The position numbers were made by a program, and so were the translations under genes. From Octopus sinensis (lineage: Eukaryota): DNA of 18,305 nt. The stretch covers positions 1-18,305 of the forward strand of contig NW_021824529.1 in the NCBI RefSeq assembly GCF_006345805.1. Direction: 5' to 3'. The notes beneath the pieces were generated by a model that was not told the origin of the DNA, did not search any database, and was given only the letters and a program-made list of their open reading frames with translations. Positions 1-8,931 of the stretch are shown one piece after another (the first letter of the stretch is position 1; each line of letters opens with the position of its first letter).

Positions 1-147
1 TTCTTTTCAAAATTTGGCGGTATACCTGAACTAAAAAATTTAACGAAAAGTACGGGGAAAAAAATAATATTCAGGTTACACTGTGGCACACCTAGCATCG
101 CTTCGTAGAACATCAGTATGCCGCAGCATACCGGTTGCGGAGCATTG
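1..147. mobile_element. Terminal part of a hAT (Charlie-like) non-autonomous DNA transposon, degraded
   Basis: Ends ...cagtatgccgcagcataccggttgcggagcattg, resembling Charlie-type termini (cagtgtgccgcggcacaccggttgagaaacactg, recalled). It is followed by ctctatag (148-155), close to the NTCTAGAN target consensus. The other end lies outside the window, so TIR and TSD cannot be confirmed. Confidence 0.4.
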
Positions 148-166
148 CTCTATAGGTGCACACAAA

Positions 167-322
167 GCTATGTTTATTAAGGAGCCCGCTTTGCAACTAT
201 GTAGTTTTGGATTCAGTGCCACTGCCCGGCTTTTTGAGCAAACGTCTTCTCTGCTATAACTCCGGGCTGACCAATGTCACATCAGTAAATTTGGTAAACG
301 GAACGTGTGTGGGAGCCCATTG
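167..322 (+). mobile_element. SINE family B, degraded 5' half (tRNA-like head)
   Basis: Aligns by eye to the heads of the better-preserved copies at 16293, 16754 and 15478-15896 (gctgtgtggtaagaag...ttcagtcccactg...cgggccgacc...atttggtagacggaa...gaagccc). Stops at the internal TG microsatellite. Confidence 0.7.
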
Positions 323-335
323 GACATGTCCATAA

Positions 336-410
336 GTGTGTATGTGTGTGTGTGTGTTTTTGTGTGTGTGTGTGTGTGTGTGTGTAGTGTGTACGTGTGT
401 ATGTGTATGT
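336..410. repeat. (TG)n microsatellite
   Basis: Direct inspection. Confidence 0.95.
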
Positions 411-412
411 CA

Positions 413-520
413 TTGTTCAGTTTTATTTCAAGATTTCATGCCAATAGAGAAAGAGCTGGTTTCTAACCTAGATTCAAGGCTCCTTCATTGGAATATCAAC
501 ATCAACAACAGGGTATTTTT
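413..520 (-). mobile_element. Probable 3' terminal UTR of the R4-like retrotransposon copy at 1131-1363
   Basis: On the minus strand it runs from (TACA)n through aaaataccctgttg...gaaatcttgaAATAAAactgaacaatga into a CA/TACA tail. It is collinear with and in the same orientation as the coding remnant at 1222-1363. The linkage is inferred. Confidence 0.45.
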
Positions 521-574
521 GTATGTATGTATGTATGTATGTATGTATGTATGTATGTATGTATGTATGTATGT
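521..574. repeat. (TATG)n microsatellite
   Basis: Direct inspection. Confidence 0.95.
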
Positions 575-1132
575 GTCAGGTTACTTTCGAGTGCTACTGG
601 TAACTTGTAACCCAGTACAACCTGTTGCATGGTCGGGTCGTCGGCGACTAAACCGGCAACTCCACCAAGCTTGCTTGGTTGAGAAGGGTGTTTATTGGAC
701 TCCCTGCGGGATGAAAAACAAAACCCGTCGAAGGGCGGAGGAACTCTTGAGAGTCAACGGCCATCCAATAAATGTCTTATGGGTGTATCATGCGCGAGGA
801 CATAGAAATAATCGGACTGAATACTCGATCGCGCGGTTAAACCATTGGGAGTGAAGGACTCCTAGCCTTTGTTAGGGCATCCTTCTAGGAGAAGGTAACT
901 CAGGTAACTGGGATAACTCCGAGAAAAAACCTGCAGCTCAGTGGTTACCGATGATGTTGACTTGTTCTTCTTTTCGGATTGTGGCTGCTGTTGCTTAGTG
1001 AGTGGGATTGACTCAGTGCACAGTCTTTCCTCACTTTAAAAAACAATCTTCTTGCACAGGCATTGCACGATAACAACATTGATTAAGCTTCGTGCAATGA
1101 CCATACTCGATAACGAGGGGCCAGCCACCATG
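575..1132 (+). mobile_element. GC-richer interspersed element resembling an RTE-clade LINE 5' UTR, ending at gccaccATG
   Basis: Complex ~555-bp block bounded on both sides by (TATG)n. The motifs ccttctaggagaaggtaactc...aaaaacct and cactttaaaaaacaatcttcttgcacaggc resemble RTE 5' UTR motifs (recalled, not searched). No ORF body follows the ATG. Confidence 0.4.
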
Positions 1133-1363
1133 TATGTATGTATGTGTGCAGATTTGTATGTTTTGCTTTATGTATGTATTCTCATGAATATAATTGCATA
1201 TCTAGACATGCTCATATATATTTAAATGCTGAACTTCTGGAAAGTTTTGCTGATTTTTACAGTTCTGTAGTCTTCGAATTAACTTTTTCCATTCTGGTTT
1301 TGAGAAGCCTAATTTCTGAAGATTGGTAATTAAGCAGCGTGTTACATATCTCAGGGCCCCTAT
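1131..1363 (-). mobile_element. R4/Dong-clade non-LTR retrotransposon 3' fragment (end of the restriction-like endonuclease ORF plus 3' UTR), 5'-truncated
   Basis: Minus-strand 1363-1222 translates IGALRYVTRCLITNLQKLGFSKPEWKKLIRRLQ, then after a ~17-nt deletion/frameshift TVKISKTFQKFSI*. This is homologous to IGALRYVPTNLHKDLEILGFSKKAQKKLTRILQIQSISGTVKICKTFQSFSI at 15940-16119 and to the R4-clade C-terminal pattern (IGALG.V...L...L..L.....LQ....GT.KI). Confidence 0.78.
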
Positions 1364-1469
1364 GTATGTATGTATGTACGTATGTATGTATGTATGTATG
1401 TATGTATGTATGTATGTATGTATGTATGTATGTATGTATGCATGCATGTATGTATGTATTATGTATGTA

Positions 1470-1511
<42 letters not shown>

Positions 1512-1525
1512 TGTGTGTGCGTGTG
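1361..1525. repeat. Compound (TATG)n(TG)n microsatellite
   Basis: Direct inspection. Confidence 0.95.
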
Positions 1526-1710
1526 TCTCGTCTTTGTGCTTGTTCATCACCACTCTCCATCTCCTAGCAGTAGATGCTGGTTTGTTCACGTATCTTGTGG
1601 TTCGGCAAAAGAATCGATAGAATGAGCGCCAGAATTAATAAAATAAGTCCCGAGTTCGGTCTTATCGACTAAAATCCTTCATGGAGGTGCCCCAGCTTGG
1701 CCGCATATTT
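1526..1710 (+). mobile_element. SINE family B, degraded 3' half
   Basis: gatgctggtttgttcacgt...gcggttcggcaaaaga-like, gatagaat, gaggtgccccagcttggccgca match the 3' half of the copies at 16293-16667 and 16754-17123. Confidence 0.75.
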
Positions 1711-1786
1711 TAATAGATTTAGGCATTGAGTAGCAGTCAGACTTCAGTTTTGCTTTTGTGAAGATTCTTGTATTTTATTTAACACT

Positions 1787-1830
1787 TTTATCGACCAGAA
1801 AGGATGATCACAGGACAGGTTGACTTGGAG
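1787..1830 (-). mobile_element. Short degraded SINE family A core fragment
   Basis: tttatcgaccagaaaggatga...gttgacttgg resembles tttatcgaccccgagaggatgaaaggcaaagtcgacctcgg at 4164-4202. Confidence 0.35.
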
Positions 1831-2023
1831 AAAAGAGAGGTATTTTCGTTCCCCGCGTCAGTTTTTGCCATCTTCCGTGCATACACGTATATACACTCTC
1901 ACACACATTATTGATACAAATTTTGATAAATGAACAATGAATTTATTTACTTAATCAATTATAGTAAAATGACTTGTGCTTGCAAATTCTAAAGTAGATA
2001 GTTATTTAAAAAAAAATATGTAC

Positions 2024-2421
2024 TACTTACTTCCTTCAGTCATTAGACTGCGGCTATGCAGGGGCACTGCCTTCAAGAATTGTAGTCTAACGAATTGACT
2101 ACAGCACTTTTTTAAGCCTTGTACATATTCAATCGGTCTCTTTTGCCGAACCACTAAGTTACTAGGATGCAAACTCACCAAAACACCAGTTGTCAAGCGG
2201 TGGTTGGAGACAAACACCAGTACAAAGTTACACGCACATAGATATACTTAGATATGTATATATTCGACAGGATTCATTTTCCTTTTGTCTACCAAATCCA
2301 CTCATAAGGCTTTGGTCAGTCCGGGGCCATAATAGAAGGCACTTGCCTCTGTACCACGCAGTGGGACCGAACCATGTGGTTGCGAAGTAACTTTTTACTT
2401 TATAGTCATGCATACACCTAT
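2024..2421 (-). mobile_element. SINE family B, full length, diverged
   Basis: Collinear with the minus-strand copy at 15478-15896 from tail (ttcagtcattagactgcggc) through cttttgccgaacc and aaatccactca to head (aaccatgtggttg...cctat). Confidence 0.85.
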
Positions 2422-2604
2422 GTTTAGTTTTTTAAAATATTGTTTGTAAAATGATATGGTGATATAGTCATATAATGGCAATCTAAAGATCGCAAGCCAT
2501 TGCTGTCTCGAGTCCTACGATTAATAGGGCCAGTCACGTGGTTTCCATATTGCATAATTGACCGAGATCACAATAGTTCCAGGTTTGCATGTTTATAGTT
2601 GCAT

Positions 2605-2722
2605 CGACTGGAGCAACGTGAAATGAAGTGATTTTCTCAAAAATCACAGCGTACGGCTCGGACCGGGTATCGAAACAAAGGTTTTGTGATCATGTGTGCA
2701 ACACTCTAACCACTTGGCCACG
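2605..2722 (-). mobile_element. SINE family C head, degraded
   Basis: actggagcaacgtgaaatgaag...atcgaa...ctaaccacttggccacg matches 3912-4026 of the more complete family C copy. Confidence 0.65.
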
Positions 2723-2759
2723 TATCATCACCTGCTGGGAAAGGAAACTGAAAGAAAAG

Positions 2760-3125
2760 ACAAGAGCACTCAAAGAGCGCAAACCACCGTCGAGGCAACA
2801 CAACCGTCCTCTCAACAATTAGCCAGAGATGATTTTTAAAATGAGAATATCTGAAATAAACTCGATTGCTCTTACAAACCAGGATACTAAAAGTGAACCC
2901 GAACCGCTCTCAAAAATTAAGTAAAAAAAAAACAGGAAAAATAATCCAGGATCCTTGTCTGGTACCGGATCGATCCCCAAATCTAATCAGTTCGTGCCAG
3001 TCACGAGGCCAAACATCTCTGAAAGTTTCATCCGAATCCATCTAGCGGTTTTTGAAATATCTTGGCCATGGACAAACAAACACGACTGAAAATAATACCT
3101 TTGCCTTCGCTAAGGCGGAGGTAAT
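2760..3125. mobile_element. Non-autonomous Helitron/Helentron-type element (DINE-1/HINE architecture)
   Basis: One end is acaagagcactcaaagagcgcaaaccaccgtcgagg. The other end carries the stem-loop acctttgcctt-cgct-aaggcggaggt (3097-3122) followed by aat, and the stem arm resembles the subterminal motif at 2782-2794. No TSD. This layout matches a widespread animal family with acctccgccaagg subterminal repeats (recalled). Confidence 0.7.
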
Positions 3126-3713
3126 TATTAAAATTGAAAGAGACGTATGGCTGATGTTGAAAAAGACTGACGTATCAAATACCATGGAGAGCATTTCATT
3201 TGTCAAAACCTGACTTCAAGAAGAATTTGATGTGTTAAGTTCTGAGAAGTATAAGTTGTAGAGCAAAGTGGATTTAATATTTAGTTGGTTATTATAGTGG
3301 ACAGAGTGATTCTAGAAATAATTACATAAATAAGGTGGGTGTGCAGCGTGGCGGATAAATCTGAGAGGCAAGTGTAGTAAATGAAATACAATATCTGATT
3401 TTAAATGTTTATCAAAGGAAATATATATTTCTCGGTTATCTATTGCGAACTTGGATGGAGAACCAACATGAAAAAGTACATCAAGTTGATTTGATAGTTA
3501 GATAAATATATACGTGTGGCGGGGAGGGGAGGGGCTATCCTTTTTTAGGGATATGGAAGACCAGTGTTAAACTTTTGTGCTTAATTGATGTAGAACGAAA
3601 ATTAGCAAGCGATATTTGTTAATAATGGGGAAATCAATGGGATATGTATATGCATATGCGTGAGTATGTGTGCGTGTTTACATATATGCACATACATAAA
3701 TAAATGAAGAATA

Positions 3714-4026
3714 CTGGTACTCCGTCGGTTACGACAACGAGGGTTCCAGTTGGTCCGATCAATGGAACAGCCTGCAGGGGAAATTAATGTGCAAGTGCAC
3801 CACAGACATGCATACCCTTAACGTAGTTCTTAGGCAGATTCAGCGTGACACAGAAGACAAGGCTGGCCCTTTGAAATACAAATTACCACTCATTTTTGCC
3901 AGCTGAATGAACTGGAGCAACGTGAAATAAAGAGTCTTGCTCAGGAGCACAATGTAACTCAGGGAATCGAACTGACGATCTTACGGTCGTGAGTCGAATA
4001 CCCTGATCACTAAACCACGCGCCTTC
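3714..4026 (-). mobile_element. SINE family C, near full length (tRNA head plus CORE-like cactcagctggcaaaaatgag motif)
   Basis: Minus-strand head gaaggcgcgtggtttagtgatcagggtattcgactcacgaccgtaagatcgtcagttcgattccc has A-box and B-box (GTTCGATTC)-like motifs, followed by a conserved body. Confidence 0.85.
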
Positions 4027-4057
4027 TGAATATGTAACCATGAATAAATGATAAATA

Positions 4058-4291
4058 TATAATTCTTTACTACCCACAAGGGGCTAAACATAGAAGGGAC
4101 AAACAAGGACAGACAAACGGATCAAGTCGATTACATCGATCCAGTGCGAAACTGGTTCTTTATTTATCGACCCCGAGAGGATGAAAGGCAAAGTCGACCT
4201 CGGCGGAATTTGAACTCAGAACGTAACGACAGACGAAATACCGCTAAGCATTTCGCCCGGCGCGCTAACGTCTCTGCCAGCTCGCCGCCTT
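4058..4291 (-). mobile_element. SINE family A, full length, young, with 19-bp TSD
   Basis: Perfect direct repeat catgaataaatgataaata at 4039-4057 and 4292-4310. Head aaggcggcgagctggcagag with B-box gagttcaaattc. The core gcctttcatcctctcggggtcgataaa resembles the Meta/MESC SINE domain (recalled). Confidence 0.93.
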
Positions 4292-4522
4292 CATGAATAA
4301 ATGATAAATAGAAATATCAAATGCGACGACATTGCTCATGCACGATGGCGCATGCGGTATATTCTTTAGTAAATTTTAGCCTAAAAACTAAAATTAAAAT
4401 TCTTCGCCTACAACTCCTTGCTAATTACAAAGGAAAACCACCATCACTGCCATTAACTACCGCCCAACAAAACTCATCACCACAACAGCGTATTACCGTT
4501 CTTTGTTAATGTCTTTGAATTT

Positions 4523-4748
4523 AAGGCGGCGAGCTGGCAGAAACGTTTGCACGCCGGGCGAAATGCTTTGCGGCATTTTGTCTGTCTCTACGTTCTGAGT
4601 TCAAATTCCGCCGAGGTTGACTTTGCCTTTCATCCTTCCGGGATCGATAAATTAAGTACCAGTTGTGTACTGAGGTCGATCAAATCGACTGGCACCGCAC
4701 TTCCCAAAAATTTCAGACCTTGTGCCTAGAGAAGAAAAGAATATCATT
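4523..4748 (+). mobile_element. SINE family A, full length
   Basis: aaggcggcgagctggcagaaacg...gttctgagttcaaattccgccgagg...gatcgataaattaagtaccag; reverse-complement match to 4058-4291. Confidence 0.92.
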
Positions 4749-4834
4749 GTATTTGTGTGTACGTGTATATGTTTGAGTGTGTTAATTACTATGGGTTTTG
4801 CTATTATTATTATTTTAGCGGTTTTTCAACAGTC

Positions 4835-5008
4835 TGTACGTTCTTAGTTAAAATTTTACCGAGTCCAGTTTAGTGTTTCATTCTTTCAGTGTCGATAAAA
4901 TAAGTACCAGTTCAGAACTTGGGTCGGTGAAATCAACTAGCCCCCCAGCCTCCCCAAAAAATTACTGGCCTTCTGCCAAAATTTGAAACCATTACCATCA
5001 TAACCATC
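4835..5008 (+). mobile_element. SINE family A, 5'-truncated, diverged
   Basis: gtcgataaaataagtaccagtt...gggtcgg...ggccttctgccaaaatttgaaaccatt. Confidence 0.75.
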
Positions 5009-5011
5009 AAA

Positions 5012-5226
5012 AAGACGGCGAGCTGGCAGAATCGTTACCAAGCCGGGCAAAATGCTTAGCGGCATTTAGTCCGTACATACGTTCTGAATTCAAATTCCAA
5101 CGAGTTTTGACTTTGCCTTTCATCATTTCGGGATCAATAAATTAAGTACTAGTCAAGTACTGAGTTCGATGTGATCGACTATTACCCTACCCACAAATTC
5201 CAGGCTTTGTGCCTATGGTAGATAAG

Positions 5227-5228
<2 letters not shown>
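5012..5228 (+). mobile_element. SINE family A, full length, with an expanded (ATT)n tail
   Basis: aagacggcgagctggcagaatcg...gttctgaattcaaattcc...ggctttgtgcctatggtagataag, then ATT repeats. Confidence 0.88.
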
Positions 5229-5291
<63 letters not shown>

Positions 5292-5307
5292 CATCATCAT
5301 TATTAAT

Positions 5308-5348
<41 letters not shown>

Positions 5349-5400
5349 CATCATCATCATATTATTATTATTATTATATTATTATCATCATCATTATTAA

Positions 5401-5435
<35 letters not shown>

Positions 5436-5475
5436 TATTATCATTATTATTATTATTATATTATTATTATTATTA
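5227..5475. repeat. Interrupted (ATT)n/(ATC)n microsatellite, ~250 bp
   Basis: Direct inspection; explains the poly-Ile ORF at 5209-5400. Confidence 0.95.
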
Positions 5476-5520
5476 AATTTTAAGTTTCTTGATCATTACA
5501 CTGATCATCAATCCATACAC

Positions 5521-5525
<5 letters not shown>

Positions 5526-5570
<45 letters not shown>

Positions 5571-5818
5571 TGTTGTAGTATGCCTCTGATCGAAGATATA
5601 TACATACCATTATAATAGAATATTGGGATTTAACATTTCACAGCATCTGTTACTCCAGTTTAATGTTGGCCGACGGCAAAACTGGTTATTGCCCTCAGCA
5701 TAAACTAAAGTTATAAAGTTGTAAATTTTAAATATTCATATTGTGATCGATATGCTTAAACATATATATATATTATATATATATATCTATATATATATAT
5801 AATATATATATATATATG
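5526..5818. repeat. Two (TA)n tracts (5526-5569, ~5761-5818) enclosing an unclassified ~190-bp block
   Basis: Direct inspection. Confidence 0.8.
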
Positions 5819-6111
5819 ATTTCAATATATCTGTATCTCTACGAATAGGTATAATGAATAACGTATGCGTGTGTGTTTGTGTATGCGTATGAAAATGTCT
5901 TTTTGTGCGTGCGTGTTTATTATTCCTTTGGAATGCATACGTACATCTGTGTGTAAGTTGTCAAAGTGGATGTTTATGTACGTATACTAATCAGTATGCA
6001 TGCGTATGTGTGGGTGTTTGTTTGCACGTGTATGTGTTTGCATACGTGTTTGTATATGTGAGTTTCTGTTTTATGTACCCGTTTTTGTAAACCTCAGATG
6101 CACACTTTCAG

Positions 6112-6153
<42 letters not shown>

Positions 6154-6485
6154 TGAATGTTTATGGCCGTATGAACGTATGTATGCTTGCTGCACCTATG
6201 CACCTATGTACGCATATATGTTTGTACGCGCTCGTTTGTGTGCATTATTTACTGAATTATTTCATTACAACCTGCAGTACGTTTCAATCTTCTGATATTT
6301 TCAAATGAATGTAAATTCAGAGTATAAGTTTAGAAAGGGAATATTTGGTGGCTAGGGTTTTTCACAATAATTATTTAATTCATTTGAATTTCATCTCATA
6401 TTGCCTCTCTATGGGAATGTATTAGCCTCAATTCTATATGAAAACAAACTCCCACTCTACCTTCTATAGCACGTTTAAACCCATT

Positions 6486-6670
6486 TTAGCCAAACATCAA
6501 TTTATCTTCACATTCTGAGTTCAAATCCTGCTACAGTCAACTTTACCTTTCATCCTTCCAGGGTCGATAAAATAAAGTATCAGACAAGTATTAAGGGGGA
6601 CAATGTGATCAACTACCTCCTCCTTGGTGACTGGCCTTGTGCCAAAAATTTAAAATAATCATTATTATTA
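6486..6670 (+). mobile_element. SINE family A, diverged, 5'-truncated
   Basis: ttctgagttcaaatcc...cctttcatccttccagggtcgataaaat...ggccttgtgccaaaaattt...attattatt. Confidence 0.8.
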
Positions 6671-6684
6671 TGCATATATCTTGT

Positions 6685-7068
6685 TTCAAATTCCGCCGGG
6701 GTCGGCTTTGCCTTTCATCTTTTCGGGGTCGATTAAACAAGTACCAGTTACGCACTGGGGTATCTTAGCGGCATTTTGTCGGTCTTTACGTTCTGAGTTC
6801 AAATTCCGCCGCGCATGACTTTGCCTTTTATCCTTTCGAGGTCGATAAAATGGGAACTAGTTGGGCACTGGGTCGATGTAATCGATTTACCCCACCCTCC
6901 CCACCCTCGAAATTGCTGGTATTATGCCAAAACTTGAAAGCATTCTATAAAATGAATACCAGTTGAGCACTGCTGTCAATGTAATCGACTTACCCAACAG
7001 CCACCTACCACCACCACCACATACACACACTAAATTCAGGTTTATGCCTATAGCTGAAAGAATTATTA
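6685..7068 (+). mobile_element. Three abutting truncated SINE family A copies (6685-6761, 6764-6943, 6947-7068)
   Basis: Core motifs recur head-to-tail: ttcaaattccgcc (6685, ~6799), gtcgat-t/a-aaa, ccagtt....cactg, gtaatcga. Confidence 0.82.
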
Positions 7069-7079
7069 TGCGTATCTTT

Positions 7080-7304
7080 AAGGCGGTGAGCTGGCAGAAT
7101 CGTTAGCACACCGGGTAAAACGCTTAACGGCATTCCATCCGTCTTTATGTTCTGAGTTCAAATTCCGTCGATGTTGTCTTTGTCTGTCATCCTTTCAGGG
7201 TCAATAAAATAAGTACAAGTTGCGTATTGGGGCCGATACAAATCGACTTCCCTTTTCCCTCATAAACTGCTGACCCTGTGTCAAAATTTGAAGCCTTTAT
7301 CATT
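7080..7304 (+). mobile_element. SINE family A, full length, diverged
   Basis: aaggcggtgagctggcagaatcgttagcac...gttctgagttcaaattccg...gtgtcaaaatttgaagcc. Confidence 0.88.
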
Positions 7305-7468
7305 TATATCTTAAATACTTTACAATTCAACCGAGTTCGTATCTAACTCCTAACTTCATTTCTCTCTCACCGCCTCATTAATTTTTAAAGAAATGATTTT
7401 ATCTTTTTGTACTAATGACGTATGCATTACACGCTTTCGTCATCGAAAATCTAGAAACTTAGACAAAA

Positions 7469-7661
7469 GTCTAAGGCGCTATTTCGTCTGCCGTTACGTT
7501 CTGAGTTCAAATTCCACCGAGGTCGACTTTGCCTTTCATCTTTTCGGGATCGATTAAGTACCAGTTACGCACTGGGGTCGATGTAATCGACTTAATCCCT
7601 TTGTCTGTCTATGTTTGTCCCGTCTGTCTATTTTTAGCCCCTTGTGGGCAATAAAGAAATA
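7469..7661 (+). mobile_element. SINE family A, 5'-truncated, young, with 16-bp TSD
   Basis: Perfect direct repeat agaaacttagacaaaa at 7453-7468 and 7662-7677. The tail tttagccccttgtgggcaataaagaaata matches that of 4058-4291. Confidence 0.92.
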
Positions 7662-7706
7662 AGAAACTTAGACAAAACATGAGATTTAGCAATTATAGCC
7701 AGCATT

Positions 7707-7881
7707 GATTTTGTTGCGCTGTTTCGTATCCGAGTACGCTTTATGTAAACAACAATAAGATCGAAGATGAAAAATAGGTAATGGAGGTATATGATATTTA
7801 CACCTATTACCCATGTTTCACCATCGATCTTATCGTTGTTTACATTTGGCGTACTCAGATACGAACCGTCGTAACAAAATC
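7707..7881. repeat. Ungapped 83-bp-arm inverted repeat (foldback hairpin)
   Basis: 7707-7789 pairs with 7799-7881 without gaps; 67 of 83 positions are Watson-Crick by manual count. Weaker similarity extends to ~7694 and ~7897. Confidence 0.9.
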
Positions 7882-8542
7882 GGCAATGATTTCTATAGAA
7901 TATCTGTAGAGATAACCTTGACAAGTGATATAATAGCACTGCTAACGCAGTAAAACACGGCATTGATTAGATTTAGCTTTCTAATTTATTTTTGTGAAAA
8001 ATGTACCAAACACGTTTTGCCCCAAAACTCTTATTCAAGTACTCATTTGATTTTCTCCCCCCCCCCACCTCTCTCTCTCTCTCTTCTTTTCTAAATCAAA
8101 ATTTTTATCACTATACACTTTATCCCTTTCACCTTTTCTTCTCTAAAATGAAAATTCTGCTGGCATTTCAATTTTACAGTTGAGGGAAACTCCTACATAT
8201 TAGGATTTCACTTATTTTCTTCTTTTTCTCATCTTCCCTCCCACTTATTTCTCCCTCTTTTTCTCTCTTATTTCTTCCCTAGGTTCTAGAATGTGGACCC
8301 ATAGAGAAATTTAAAACTGCACCAAAGGAATTTTTCATTTCTAAGCACTTTATTTAAAAGCTAACACTACAATTTTACAGTTATTTGAAGATGTCGGAAC
8401 TTCGAAACATATTGCAGATTGTGACCAAATTTATTAAATAACATTAATTCTCTGGAACTTAAAGTCTTGAAACCTTTATACGATAATGGCTCACTACTTC
8501 ATTAACTGTCTGTTATATATATATGCATATGTTTTTTAACTT

Positions 8543-8641
8543 ACACACACACACATACACACACACACACACACACCACACACAACACACACACCACACA
8601 CACACACAACACACACCACACACACACACACAACACACACA
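8543..8641. repeat. Interrupted (CA)n microsatellite
   Basis: Direct inspection. Confidence 0.9.
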
Positions 8642-8814
8642 CTATGATATATATATATATCGCATTCTCAGCGCATATATGCGCATTATCAACCACGGCA
8701 TACCCAGTCCTCCATTTAGCGGGTGTTGACAGCAAATGCATCGCCTAACCATCGGAACGCTTCCCTTCTACAAAAAGCGGAAGAGTAGGCATTCCTGTCT
8801 GATGGTAGGGTCAG

Positions 8815-8844
8815 GATAGATAGATAGATAGATAGATAGATAGT

Positions 8845-8930
<86 letters not shown>
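8815..8930. repeat. (GATA)n microsatellite
   Basis: Direct inspection. Confidence 0.95.

Positions 8931-8931
<1 letters not shown>

Noticed and set aside
336-1625. Long ORFs such as 336..854, 1257..1589, 1323..1625 and 1339..1620
   Set aside because: They are translations of TG/TATG microsatellites (MYVC/HTYI repeats) running into TE fragments; not host genes.
4200-4291. tRNA gene candidates in SINE heads (A-box/B-box motifs)
   Set aside because: No cloverleaf or acceptor stem; they continue into SINE bodies with TSDs.
4340-4356. gatggcgcatgcgg, YY1/NRF1-like promoter motifs
   Set aside because: Short isolated motifs between SINEs; no CpG-rich context or downstream exon support.
5659-5707. 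Branched stem scaffold (gtttaatg/cataaac, ggcaa/ttgcc) with ctgag on the minus strand
   Set aside because: It lacks the GAAA and the complete core, so it cannot be called a ribozyme; it may be a decayed repeat.
7634-7963. 109-aa minus-strand ORF
   Set aside because: It spans a SINE tail and the foldback hairpin; no recognisable domain or splice context.
8671-8684. Perfect 14-bp palindrome gcgcatatatgcgc
   Set aside because: Easily generated around a TA run; no additional support for function.
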